Positions 28,168-36,827 of a DNA stretch of 64,000 nt are shown piece by piece; within the stretch, counting starts at the first letter, position 1; the number at the start of each line of letters is the position of its first letter. The stretch is taken from NCBI GenBank assembly GCA_019637395.1, contig JAHBVR010000014.1:191414-255413 (forward strand), read 5' to 3'. Made by a program: the position numbers and the translations under genes. The notes beneath the pieces are model-generated. The model was not told the origin of the DNA and ran no database searches. It saw only the letters and a list, made by a program, of their open reading frames with translations. This DNA is from Vulcanimicrobiota bacterium (GTDB lineage Bacteria; Vulcanimicrobiota; Xenobia; Xenobiales; JADMJV01).

Positions 28168-29535
28168 ATGGCATCAGGGACGGTCAGTTCTTCTTCGAGC
28201 AGTGGTGGCGGCTCGAGCAGCGTCAGCAACTCCGGCGGGGGCAGCAAAACATCCAGCACGGACACGGGCAGCAAGAAGACTGCGCAGACCAAGAGTGAGC
28301 AGCCCGCGGCCACTCCTACTTTCACCAAGGACGGCATCACACTCACTGCGGAAGCCAAAACTCGGGAAACCTCCAATGCCCCCGACATGGGAGCTCTGGC
28401 GGCCGCGCTGGGAGAACAGCCGCCCACCTGGAAGGACCAGCTGGGGACGCAGACGATGCAGAAGGGCGCCGATGGCGAGTCGGTGACGGCCCTGCAGAGC
28501 GCCCTGAATGAAAAGTTGGGCCTTTCGCTGGACACGGACGGCAAGTTCGGACGGGATACGCTCTCGGCCGTCAAAGACTTTCAACAGCAGAACGGGTTGA
28601 CCGTCGACGGAATCGTTGGCAAAGACACGCGTGCCGCTTTGCTGGCCGAGAAAAAGGAAGCGGAGCCGGCCAAGCCGTTGGATGCCAATCAGTATGCGCT
28701 GCTCAACGAGCAATTAGGCAAGGGAACGTTGCAAAAGGGGTCGGACGATAAGGATGCGGTGACCACGCTGCAGAATGCCCTCAATGATCGCGGCGCCCAG
28801 TTGGGCGTGGACGGGCTCTTTGGCAACAAGACCAAGCAAGCGGTGGAGAGCTTTCAGCGCGAGAACGGGCTGCCGGTCAACGGCAAGTTCGACGACGCCA
28901 CCCGGGCGGCGCTGCTCGGGCCCGAGCCGCCCAAGACGCGCGAGCAACTGCAAGACGAGGAAGCCGCTCGGCGAATGGAGGCCAGCCAGCCGAAGCAGGA
29001 CGACCTGATCTTCGGAGACAAACTGACCGCCGAAGAACAGCAAAAGGTTCGAGATGTGGCCGCTTCTCTCGGAGCCGACCCCAACGACCTGATGGCGGTC
29101 ATGGCGGCGGAGACCGGCGGCACCTTCGACCCGGCCGAGCGAGCCGGCAAGAACGGCGCGGTGGGGCTGATCCAGTTCACCAATACGGCCATCACCGAAA
29201 TGAACAAAGGCCTGCCCAGGGACCAGCAGTTGACCAAGGCGTCCCTCGAACAGATGTCCTTTACCGAACAAATGGACCACGTCCAGTCCTATTTGCAGAC
29301 GATGATGGATCGCTACAACGGACCGGCCAACCCGGACCGCGGCGATCTGTATGCGGCCGTTTTTTCCCCGGCACTGGTGGACAACTCCGATACGGCTCGC
29401 ATCTACGGAGGCAACAGCAGAGAATATCTCGCCAACAAGAGTTTGGACACCAATCGGGACGGGTTTATCACCCGTAACGAACTGACGGCGCGCGCCGATG
29501 AATGGTATGAGCGCGGCTTGGAAGTCATGGTCTAA
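28168..29535 (+). CDS. muralytic protein: disordered Ser/Gly-rich N-terminus, two peptidoglycan-binding (PG_binding_1) repeats, lysozyme/SLT-like domain and C-terminal EF-hand
   Basis: AGGAGG Shine-Dalgarno about 10 nt upstream. PG-binding repeats LQSALNEKLGLSLDTDGKFGRDTLSAVKDFQQQNGLTVDGIVGKDTRAALL and LQNALNDRGAQLGVDGLFGNKTKQAVESFQRENGLPVNGKFDDATRAALL. SLT-like LMAVMAAETGGTFDP..GAVGLIQFT. Canonical EF-hand loop DTNRDGFITRNE. Confidence 0.8.
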   Translation: MASGTVSSSSSSGGGSSSVSNSGGGSKTSSTDTGSKKTAQTKSEQPAATPTFTKDGITLTAEAKTRETSNAPDMGALAAALGEQPPTWKDQLGTQTMQKGADGESVTALQSALNEKLGLSLDTDGKFGRDTLSAVKDFQQQNGLTVDGIVGKDTRAALLAEKKEAEPAKPLDANQYALLNEQLGKGTLQKGSDDKDAVTTLQNALNDRGAQLGVDGLFGNKTKQAVESFQRENGLPVNGKFDDATRAALLGPEPPKTREQLQDEEAARRMEASQPKQDDLIFGDKLTAEEQQKVRDVAASLGADPNDLMAVMAAETGGTFDPAERAGKNGAVGLIQFTNTAITEMNKGLPRDQQLTKASLEQMSFTEQMDHVQSYLQTMMDRYNGPANPDRGDLYAAVFSPALVDNSDTARIYGGNSREYLANKSLDTNRDGFITRNELTARADEWYERGLEVMV

Positions 29536-29789
29536 ATATTCTCGAGCCCAACTGTTCAAGTCTGAAGGGGGCTACAACTACTTACCTCCTTTCGTGCGAA
29601 TCATCGTGCCGAGGGGCGGAGCCTGGTTTCAACGAACCCGGATCCATGGCCAATCCAAAGATGCCGTCCGACTTCCGTCCGCTTGGGGCGACCGGCTGAC
29701 CAAACCAACACGAGTATTCCGGTGCAGTCTTCGCCCTGCTACCTGGCGGCAAGGTTACCCGGCCACTAGAAACCGAACGCCGAGGAGCT

Positions 29790-30100
29790 TGATAGCTGGA
29801 AGGACACGCAAGAAGAATACGAGTTGCCCGGGTCCTGTCCGGCAGAGTTCATCACCACGGTGACGACTCCAGTGCGGACCATTGAACTTCCGCCGCTGCT
29901 GGTGGAGGCCGAGTTTCAGAACTTCCAATGGTTCCCGCTTGCGAACGATGACTCTCCTACTCGCAAATAGTCGCCGACCTGGCCAGCCAAGGATTTCGGC
30001 TGCCGAGCGCAGATGAGTGGGAATATGCATGCGCCGCGGGGTCTCGCACTTTATTTCACTGGGGAGACCACGTTCCGTGTGATTGGTATCCCGTCGATCC
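29790..30100 (+). pseudogene. FGE-sulfatase/SUMF1-like domain fragment (frameshifted, truncated)
   Basis: The frame opening at 29952 reads LSYSQIVADLASQGFRLPSADEWEYACAAGSRTLFHWGDHVPCDWYPVD (RLP...EWEYA...G core). The upstream piece, ..VRTIELPPLLVEAEFQNFQWFPLANDD, is in another frame closed by TAG at 29968-29970. Confidence 0.35.
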
Positions 30101-30119
30101 TGCAAGGCAGCTGCCGGTT

Positions 30120-30280
30120 GAGCCAGACTGGGCAGGCATACTCCGACAAAGCCGGGCATTTCCTCGATGGGCACCAGGTCGGCGGCGCGCAGTTTTCTTC
30201 TCCAGGTCGCGAAGGTGGCCACGGCGATCTGTTTCTTCGCACAAAAGTGCTCTGCGTCAGTCCACTGCGGTTGAATTCAG
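30120..30280 (-). mobile_element. IS66-family TnpA-like accessory protein fragment
   Basis: The minus strand reads EFNRSGLTQS, then after a frame change FCAKKQIAVATFATWRRKLRAADLVPIEEMPGFVGV. This follows the SGLSQ..FC.......TF..WRRKL.....FVEV pattern of IS66 orf1 proteins. The match is from memory only. Confidence 0.3.
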
Positions 30281-30293
30281 CAAAGACTCCGTA

Positions 30294-31140
30294 TCAATGG
30301 ACCAGTTCTCGTTCGGCCAGGTCACGAAAAGGTCCGGGGTTTGCGAGCCAGGGCCCGGGCCAGCAGCAACAGTTGCTTCTGGCCGACCGAGAAAGTGCTT
30401 CCCAGATTTGTTCTTCGCTCAGATCCTGGGCCCCGGCGATGGCGTCGCGCAGGCAGCCGGGAAAGAGTTGAGCGTCCTGCAAAACCACTCCGAGCTGGCG
30501 GCGTAGATGGCCGAGGTCCAGTTCGTTCAGCGGCATCTGGTCGTAACAGATGGAGCCCTGCTGGGGTTGCTTGAAGCCCAGCAGCAGGCGCAGCAGGGTG
30601 GATTTGCCGGCTCCGGTAGGGTCGACTACGGCCAGCAGTTCGCCGGGGATAAGTTCCAGATCGACATCCTGGAGCACGGGAGCGGCGCCGGGCTGGTAGG
30701 CGAAGGTCACCTTGTGCAGAGAAATGGCGCCTCGCAACTCGTGGACACGGGTGGCCCGCTTACTTTTCGACGGTTCTCGAAGTATCGGTTGAAAACGTTG
30801 CACCTGAGTCCCAAAAGTGAGCAGGGCGGCCCAGCAGCAGTTGCTCGGTGGCGGTCAGGCAAGCCAGCCAGAGAGGTAGATCCGCATTGCCGATCCAAAA
30901 GAGCAGGGCCAGCGTCAGGCCCGGCAAGGCCGCCCCCCAGCCCGACTGGAGCGCGGCCAACCGGCGCAAACGGTCCTGCAGGTGACGCTGCTGGCCGAAG
31001 AGGTCCGACCAGACCTGAAAGCCCCTCTCTTCGGCGCGATGGACTTTCAGGCAACTCAGGCCTTGAATCAGTTGGGCAGCAGGCCCCAGAGGCGATTCAT
31101 TCTAGGCCGAAGTCCGTGAGCCTCGCGCTTGAGGTAGGCG
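30294..31140 (-). pseudogene. ABC exporter (fused TMD-NBD type), decayed
   Basis: Frame 30803-30294 gives ISLHKVTFAYQPGAAPVLQDVDLELIPGELLAVVDPTGAGKSTLLRLLLGF..LRRQLGVVLQDAQLF, with Walker A variant DPTGAGKST and a Q-loop. The signature FSVGQKQLLLLARALARKP lies in a different frame (about 30341-30397). Walker B and the H-loop are absent. TM-like fragments lie in further frames up to about 31140. Confidence 0.55.
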
Positions 31141-31341
31141 CCCGACCATAGATAGGATTCAAGCATTGGCGGCCTGTGGCATTTCAACCGAGGCAGGGCT
31201 CGTTCAAGTCAGCTTTGGCGACCTGATCACCGACTTGTGCGCGCCCTTGTATTCGTGACTGCTGATGCCTTCCGCGTCGGGAACCAGCTTCAGGCCCACG
31301 CTTGCCAGTTTCTCTGAGACTACGAATTCAAACGATAGTAA

Positions 31342-31363
31342 AAATCCGCAAGAAATCCGCAAG
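31342..31363 (+). promoter_or_regulatory. perfect tandem direct repeat AAATCCGCAAG x2
   Basis: 31342-31352 and 31353-31363 are identical. They lie 55 nt upstream of the ATG at 31419. The same TCCGCAAG core recurs at 39641-39672. Confidence 0.5.
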
Positions 31364-31418
31364 TTGGTTCTGGCATCCTGACTTCAGAGACCAACCAACG
31401 AAACGGAGAACAAAAACA

Positions 31419-31631
31419 ATGTCCCACATCCAGAGTCACAACCACCACATCCATAATCATAGCAACCGCGTCGACGGCTACAATCCCCGCACCGAAGGCT
31501 ATGACCCCAAGAAGTTCAAGCTTCCGTCCGAGGATTTTACGCCCATGCCCCTGCCCCATGTCGACCGGGTGGATATCGGCATCCACTCCGGGTGGGACCC
31601 CAGTCTGATCCGCCCTACCTTCGCGAAGTAG
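31419..31631 (+). CDS. small His-rich hypothetical protein (70 aa)
   Basis: ATG is preceded by ACGGAG 11 nt upstream. MSHIQSHNHHIHNHSNRVDGYNPRTEGYDPKKF... The track start at 31302 is less likely. Confidence 0.4.
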   Translation: MSHIQSHNHHIHNHSNRVDGYNPRTEGYDPKKFKLPSEDFTPMPLPHVDRVDIGIHSGWDPSLIRPTFAK

Positions 31632-31637
31632 TTCAGG

Positions 31638-31714
31638 AGAGCCCTTCAGCTTCAAAGGCCTTCATCCAGCGTCCGAACAGGGCGCAGGCCAGGTCTCACG
31701 GGCTGAAGGGCTCT
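31638..31714 (+). terminator. long hairpin (13-bp perfect inverted repeat, ~51-nt loop), terminator or attenuator candidate
   Basis: AGAGCCCTTCAGC at 31638-31650 is the exact reverse complement of GCTGAAGGGCTCT at 31702-31714. It starts 7 nt after the stop of the small ORF and is followed by TCTTCTT. Confidence 0.4.
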
Positions 31715-31742
31715 TCTTGGCGGCTTGCGCTGAGCCCGACCA

Positions 31743-32738
31743 ATGACAGGCCAGGAGTTCCTCCTCATGGCGACTAAACTCCGCTGGATGAAGAATGCTG
31801 AGCCGCTGGTCGTCCAACTTGCCCGCGGCCACCTGCAGGGCAAGGTTTCCCTGGGCCAGTTGGTGGAATGCGTGGAGCAGACCCTGCACAAGGTGGAGGA
31901 GCACCGCGGTCTGGTTCGCGCTCAAAGCCGGGACCAGCGGCTGGCCCCTGAGCTCGCCGCCGTGGAGCAGTGTTTCGACGACTACCTGGGGCTACTGAAG
32001 GGGCAGAGCTATCCGCGGGTGGTGGAGCAACTGCCGGCCCGGGCCGAACACCTGGCCCGCGCTTTGGCCCAGCTCGATCATAGTCGCTGGGTGCTGCAGG
32101 GTCCGACTTCTCTGGCCGGACTCAACGAGATCCTTTGGCTGACGCGGGAACAGCAGTGGCAGCGCTTGGAGCAACGTCTCGAACAGGAACGGCACTTCTG
32201 GTCTAGCTATCCGTCTCTCCAGCCTGAAATTCTGCGCCCGCAGGCGCTGCAGTTCGCGGAGGCCTATCTGGGATGGCTGAACCATTTTCCGGGTCCGGAG
32301 CAGGTGCAAGGCTGGGCCGAGCAGGGGAAGGAACTGGGCCCCGAGCATGCGGCCTGGGATCTCGTGCCTATCGTGCGAGCCAGCCAGGACGGGCCGACCA
32401 CCTTCCCCACTTTCAATGCGGTCGTGCACGCTGTTTCTTCGCGCTCCCGCGGTGAGTTGGGCCTGGAGGCAGTGGACCTCTGCCTGGAGCAGTTGCGCCA
32501 GGCCTGCCAGTTGGTTGAGCCGACTGAGGAGGAGGGGTCCAGGGAGTTCGGCGAGTTCCTGGAGGACCTTTCGAAGCTGCTCATGCACCTGTCCAGGTGG
32601 AATGCGGCCGGCGGCCGGGCCGAGGCGCTGCCGCCTTTGCTCAAGCTGCTGCACGAGTTGGGTGACGAATTTACCGACTTCAGGTCTCTCCTGACAGCGC
32701 CTTCCAGGCCTCATTCAGATCCCGAAAGCGTTTCCTAG
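31743..32738 (+). CDS. hypothetical all-helical protein (331 aa)
   Basis: Leu/Glu/Gln/Ala-rich sequence with heptad-like stretches and no TM or signal. The 3' end overlaps the convergent kinase gene by 59 nt. Confidence 0.5.
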   Translation: MTGQEFLLMATKLRWMKNAEPLVVQLARGHLQGKVSLGQLVECVEQTLHKVEEHRGLVRAQSRDQRLAPELAAVEQCFDDYLGLLKGQSYPRVVEQLPARAEHLARALAQLDHSRWVLQGPTSLAGLNEILWLTREQQWQRLEQRLEQERHFWSSYPSLQPEILRPQALQFAEAYLGWLNHFPGPEQVQGWAEQGKELGPEHAAWDLVPIVRASQDGPTTFPTFNAVVHAVSSRSRGELGLEAVDLCLEQLRQACQLVEPTEEEGSREFGEFLEDLSKLLMHLSRWNAAGGRAEALPPLLKLLHELGDEFTDFRSLLTAPSRPHSDPESVS

Positions 32739-33891
32739 GGTCCTTGGCCAGCATGCGGTCGATGGCCGCGGCCATCCCTTCGGGTAGGTGGGGAGCCACC
32801 TCGCGCAGCGGCGGCGGCACCAGGTCGAGCTGCTGATCGACCACCTCCATCGCATCCTTACCGTCGAAGGGCCGTTTCCCGCTGAGGATTTCGTAGAGAA
32901 TCACGCCCAGGGCATACTGATCGCTGGCTGGATCGATGTCTCCCTCAATTTGTTCCGGGGCCATGTATTGGGGGGTGCCCATCACCAGGCCGGTGGCGGT
33001 GACCACCGTCAGCCCGTCGCCGCGCGACACGCCAAAATCCAACACCTTGATCTGGCCCGACTCGGTCAGCAGCAGGTTATCCGGCTTGAGGTCGCGGTGC
33101 ACGATGTTGGCCTGGTGAGCCTGGAGCAGTCCCTGGAAGACCGGCCCGAAGAGCTGTAGTGCGCGCTCAGGCGGGCATCGTGGCTCTTCACGCAGTAACT
33201 CCCTAAGGTTCTTTCCGCGTAGCAATTCCAGGACCATGTAGCAGCGCGAGCCCACTTCTCCGGCATCATAGTGGCGCACCAGATTGGGGTGGTGGAGCGA
33301 TTGCAATACTTTGGACTCGCGCAGCATCCGCTTGCGCGCATCGGCGGAGTCCTCTTTCATCACCTTGAAAGCAAACTCTTGAGAGCCGTGGGTGGCCCGG
33401 TAAACATCGGCCATGGCGCCCTGTCCAAGAAATTCTTGAATTTGGTAGGGTCCAATCTGCTGGCCCCGCAGACCGCGAGCGGGCGGCGCGGGGCGAGAGC
33501 GGCGGCGGCGCCCGAGCCAGATCAGAACTCCAGCCAGCGGCACCAGGGCCAGGCCCCAGTATTTTTTACTCCAGTAGAGCGCCTGCTGGCAGCGGTTGGA
33601 CACCCCGGGCAAGGGCGTGAGGTGATAGCTTCCCTGGCGGGGTAACACGCCCTGAGCTTCCTGGACGGAGAAGCTTTGGCGTAACTCGGCATAGCCGCTC
33701 CGGCGCAAAACCAGAGTCAACTGCGCGGACATGCCGGGTTCGAAACGCACCCCCTGATCGGCCGTCCCAAGGGAGCTGGCCGAGACTTCGGGGATCCAAA
33801 CCTCGGCATCGTCCGGTTCGCAGTGGATGCGCAGCTCCTGAGTCTGGGCCTGGAGCCAGAGAGTGAGCAGGAGCCACAGGAAGACACGCAC
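32680..33891 (-). CDS. receptor Ser/Thr protein kinase with N-terminal PEGA-like ectodomain
   Basis: GTG start. Signal peptide (M)RVFLWLLLTLWLQAQT. PEGA-like IHCEPDDAEVWI..LTLVLRRSGYAELRQSFSV. TM segment WGLALVPLAGVLIWLGRRRR. Kinase motifs GQGAMADVY, AFKVMK, HRDLKPDNLLL, DFGVS and GTPQYMAPE. Confidence 0.85.
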   Translation of the reverse strand: MRVFLWLLLTLWLQAQTQELRIHCEPDDAEVWIPEVSASSLGTADQGVRFEPGMSAQLTLVLRRSGYAELRQSFSVQEAQGVLPRQGSYHLTPLPGVSNRCQQALYWSKKYWGLALVPLAGVLIWLGRRRRSRPAPPARGLRGQQIGPYQIQEFLGQGAMADVYRATHGSQEFAFKVMKEDSADARKRMLRESKVLQSLHHPNLVRHYDAGEVGSRCYMVLELLRGKNLRELLREEPRCPPERALQLFGPVFQGLLQAHQANIVHRDLKPDNLLLTESGQIKVLDFGVSRGDGLTVVTATGLVMGTPQYMAPEQIEGDIDPASDQYALGVILYEILSGKRPFDGKDAMEVVDQQLDLVPPPLREVAPHLPEGMAAAIDRMLAKDPRKRFRDLNEAWKALSGET

Positions 33892-33955
33892 GATCCCTGG
33901 CTTCGCAGGGCCCCGCGGCAGGTCCTACCTGGCGGGAAGCGAACTCTGCCAGGTC

Positions 33956-35800
33956 ATGAGAATGCGATGGAGACGGGGAATGTCCATCCTCTCGGTTCTG
34001 ATGCTGGTCACAGTGTTGAGCCTGCTGGCGAGCACCATGGCGGGCGTTTATCTGATGAATCTGAACTTTGCGCAGACCCACCAGAATGCCGCGCTGGCCC
34101 TCCAGGAAGCCGATGCCGCCGTGGGTCGGCTCACCACCGCCCTGGTGCAGAACCTCGACCTGAACCTGACCGATTGGACCTACCAGGGCACTCTGGGCAA
34201 GGCCGATCCCGATCCCGAGGTCTGGGCCGCCATCAGCTTCGGCGACCGAACCATTGGTGGGGTGCACCTGCCTCGCTCCATCAACAATTTTGGCGGGAGC
34301 GCCTCCGACCACGAGACCCCCCCGGGAAAGTGCCGAGTCTACGCGGTGGGCTACTGCCGTGGGGTGATCCAGACGGTGGAAGTGCTGCTGTCGGCCCCAC
34401 CCTATCCTTACGGGCTGGCGGTGGCGGGAAATCTCGAAAGCGAGGCCCTGACCATCCGGGGCACGGCCGACGGCGACGATTCTCCGCGCCCGGGCCATCT
34501 GGCCACGCGCCGGAAGTTGACTCTGGGGGCCAATAGCTACATTTCCGGCGATGTTTATGCTCGCGAGGCGGACATTTCTCCCAGCAATTGCACCATTCTC
34601 GGGGCCCGGCGTCTGTCGGAGACCCCGCGGGAGCTGCCTCTTTTAGACATCGATGAACTGTTCGGCAAAGTCACCGGTCACGCCGTCAAGATCGATGTGC
34701 CCGCCATGTTCAATCCGCAAGTCCTGAACACGCTCTACACCTGGGGAACGCCGGGAAACAATGCCGATACCCTGAGGCTGGAAACCAGTTCCATCCACTT
34801 TGACAATGGTATCCTGAGGGTCTATGGGAGCGTCTCCATTGACGCGGTCACGCTGAGCGGCAAGGGGGCCATCCTGTGCACCGGTAACCTGACTATCGAC
34901 AGCCAGACCGACCTGGATGGCAGGGACGACTGGCTGGCACTGGTGGCGGGCGGCAAGATCACCCTGCGCTCGGGTAACCACACTCAAATTCGAGGTATTG
35001 TCTACGCCCAGCAGGGGTTGGAGGCCGAGAAGGTGCTGGTGAATGGCAGCGCCATCTGCAATTCCGCCAGCGACCCCGACCAGGCCGCGGCAAAGTTGAC
35101 GAACTGCGAATTTGCCAGCGACCCCACCACCGCCAACGTGACTCTGACGGTCCAGATCAGCGGAGACGCCAGCGGCAACGGGGGGATTGAGCGCACCAAC
35201 GGCAGCGGCCAGGCCCCTTTCAGTCTGTCGCGCAATGCCCAGGGCCTGGCCTCGGTCAGCGGTGGAGGAACGGTCGAAAGCGGCGAGATCATGGCCTCCG
35301 GTATGGATAGATTTGTCAATTCGAATGGACCTCCCTTCAGCATTCCGGCCAATGCGCTCACGGGCAATGGCCCGGCGGCCGACGCGGTGCTGGACCAGTT
35401 CAAGACCCTGGGAACGCTGTCGCAAAGTCTGGATTCCGCCCGGCAGGCTCTGGCGGCGGCCGAGGCGGCCCTGGCGGCGGCCCAGGCCGCCGACGATGAC
35501 GATGACGACGGGAACTCCGGCCAGGTGGAAGCGGCCCGCCAGGCGGTGGAAGCGGCCCAGGCTGCCGTGGACGCGCAACTGGAGGCCTTCAATCAGCAGG
35601 CCAGTGCGGCTCAATCCGCCTACCAGAACTATGTCCAGACCACCACCGGCTCCAGCAGTTCGGTCTCCAGTGGAGGTGGTGGTGGGGGCTCCGGTCCGCC
35701 GGCGCCTCCCCTGAAGCTGAACTTCGACATCAACGCCTTTCTGCCCAAGAGCGAGTCTTATCGCATTAGCTACTACCGGATCCACAAAGGGCTGCCCTGA
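33956..35800 (+). CDS. giant PilX-N/ComZ-like minor-pilin-type protein with beta-helix-like middle and Ala-rich coiled-coil / poly-Asp tail
   Basis: From the ATG at 33956: MRMRWRRGMSILSVLMLVTVLSLLASTMAGVYLMNLNFAQTHQNAALALQEADAAV (PilX_N-like). Repetitive G-x-L/I-T/S strands follow (GNLTIDSQTDLDG..GGKITLRSGN..). C-terminus AAAEAALAAAQAADDDDDDGNSGQVEAARQAVEAAQAAV and a GGGGGGSGPP tail. Confidence 0.65.
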   Translation: MRMRWRRGMSILSVLMLVTVLSLLASTMAGVYLMNLNFAQTHQNAALALQEADAAVGRLTTALVQNLDLNLTDWTYQGTLGKADPDPEVWAAISFGDRTIGGVHLPRSINNFGGSASDHETPPGKCRVYAVGYCRGVIQTVEVLLSAPPYPYGLAVAGNLESEALTIRGTADGDDSPRPGHLATRRKLTLGANSYISGDVYAREADISPSNCTILGARRLSETPRELPLLDIDELFGKVTGHAVKIDVPAMFNPQVLNTLYTWGTPGNNADTLRLETSSIHFDNGILRVYGSVSIDAVTLSGKGAILCTGNLTIDSQTDLDGRDDWLALVAGGKITLRSGNHTQIRGIVYAQQGLEAEKVLVNGSAICNSASDPDQAAAKLTNCEFASDPTTANVTLTVQISGDASGNGGIERTNGSGQAPFSLSRNAQGLASVSGGGTVESGEIMASGMDRFVNSNGPPFSIPANALTGNGPAADAVLDQFKTLGTLSQSLDSARQALAAAEAALAAAQAADDDDDDGNSGQVEAARQAVEAAQAAVDAQLEAFNQQASAAQSAYQNYVQTTTGSSSSVSSGGGGGGSGPPAPPLKLNFDINAFLPKSESYRISYYRIHKGLP

Positions 35801-36192
35801 TGTCTCGACGGTCGGGTTTCAGCCTCTCGGAAGTGCTGGTTTCGCTGCTCATCCTCTCGCTGGTTTCGGTCTTGATGGTAGGGGTCATTCCCAGCTCTAT
35901 TTTCGGTTTGCGCCAAGCCCAGCACCGGCAGGCGGCCCTGCAGCTCTGCCAGACCACCAGCGCCGGGCTGCGCTCGGTGGGCTTCGACCAGTTGGCGGTC
36001 AGCGATTGGAGTCCGGATAAGACTTACCAGGTGGACTCGTTGGATTATACGATCCAATACCGGATTTCCGAACTGGCCGAGCAGGACCCGACCAGTCACA
36101 AGCCCCTGGCCAAGTTGATCGAATGCCGCGTGCGCTGGTTCATTCAGCACCGGCCCAGCCGCTACGAGTATGCCACGCTGGTGTTGCGCTGA
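35800..36192 (+). CDS. prepilin-type N-terminal cleavage/methylation domain protein
   Basis: ATGA overlap with the upstream stop. MSRRSGFSLSEVLVSLLILSLVSVLMVGV (G|FSLxE followed by a hydrophobic helix). Confidence 0.78.
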   Translation: MSRRSGFSLSEVLVSLLILSLVSVLMVGVIPSSIFGLRQAQHRQAALQLCQTTSAGLRSVGFDQLAVSDWSPDKTYQVDSLDYTIQYRISELAEQDPTSHKPLAKLIECRVRWFIQHRPSRYEYATLVLR

Positions 36193-36827
36193 TGCGGCGG
36201 ACGGGCACGACCTTGCTGGAATTGGTGGTGGCCATCGGGCTGCTGGGGGTGGTCACCTTTCTGCTGATGCAGCTCTTTCTTCCCAGTATGTGGATGTTCA
36301 ATCGGCAGCAATCGAATAGTGAGAGTTTTCAGAATTCGATGTTTCTGACCCAGCGTCTGCAAATCGAGTTGACTCATTCCTGCTGGGAAACGGTCACGCT
36401 GGTCCAGAATCAGCCCGCCGCGGGAGTGGCCTGGGCGCTTTCTTTGCGCCCGGTGCTGCGCTATGCGGCCAGTTCCGGCAATCCCATCGTAGAGGAGAGG
36501 TTCCTGGTCTACTTTCATAACCCGGAGCAGAAGAAGGTCTATTTCTTTCCTTGGGTTCCGGTGGTTCCGGCGGGGGAGGAGTTCCCGCTCAAATTAACTC
36601 CGGCCGCCTTGTCGGCGGCTTGCCTGAATTCCCAGAATGTTCGCGAGCGTCGAATGCTGACGCGCTATGTCAGCGAGTTTTCTTTCACCGATCGGGATGG
36701 TTCTCTGACCATTCTGGATCCGCCTCTGCAATTTCACCTGGTGGTTCAGGTCCCCGATGCCAACAATCGGGGCGTGGAAACGACCACCACCGACATTCCT
36801 CTCCAGTGCAGGAATGTTCGTTGGTAG
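36192..36827 (+). CDS. prepilin-type N-terminal cleavage/methylation domain protein
   Basis: ATGA overlap with the upstream stop. MRRTGTTLLELVVAIGLLGVVTFLLMQLF. Confidence 0.78.
   Translation: MRRTGTTLLELVVAIGLLGVVTFLLMQLFLPSMWMFNRQQSNSESFQNSMFLTQRLQIELTHSCWETVTLVQNQPAAGVAWALSLRPVLRYAASSGNPIVEERFLVYFHNPEQKKVYFFPWVPVVPAGEEFPLKLTPAALSAACLNSQNVRERRMLTRYVSEFSFTDRDGSLTILDPPLQFHLVVQVPDANNRGVETTTTDIPLQCRNVRW

Noticed and set aside
35492-35509. GACGATGACGATGACGAC tandem DNA repeat
   Set aside because: It simply encodes the poly-Asp tract of the PilX/ComZ-like protein. It is coding low complexity, not a structural repeat element.
34643-35785. 380-aa minus-strand ORF, and similar shadow ORFs at 44881-45999, 56026-57165, 59333-60529, 8712-9998, 16400-17605, 61303-62109 and 28714-29559
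   Set aside because: All lie antisense to genes with recognisable motifs and show the Gly/Arg/Ala/His bias of non-coding frames in GC-rich DNA.
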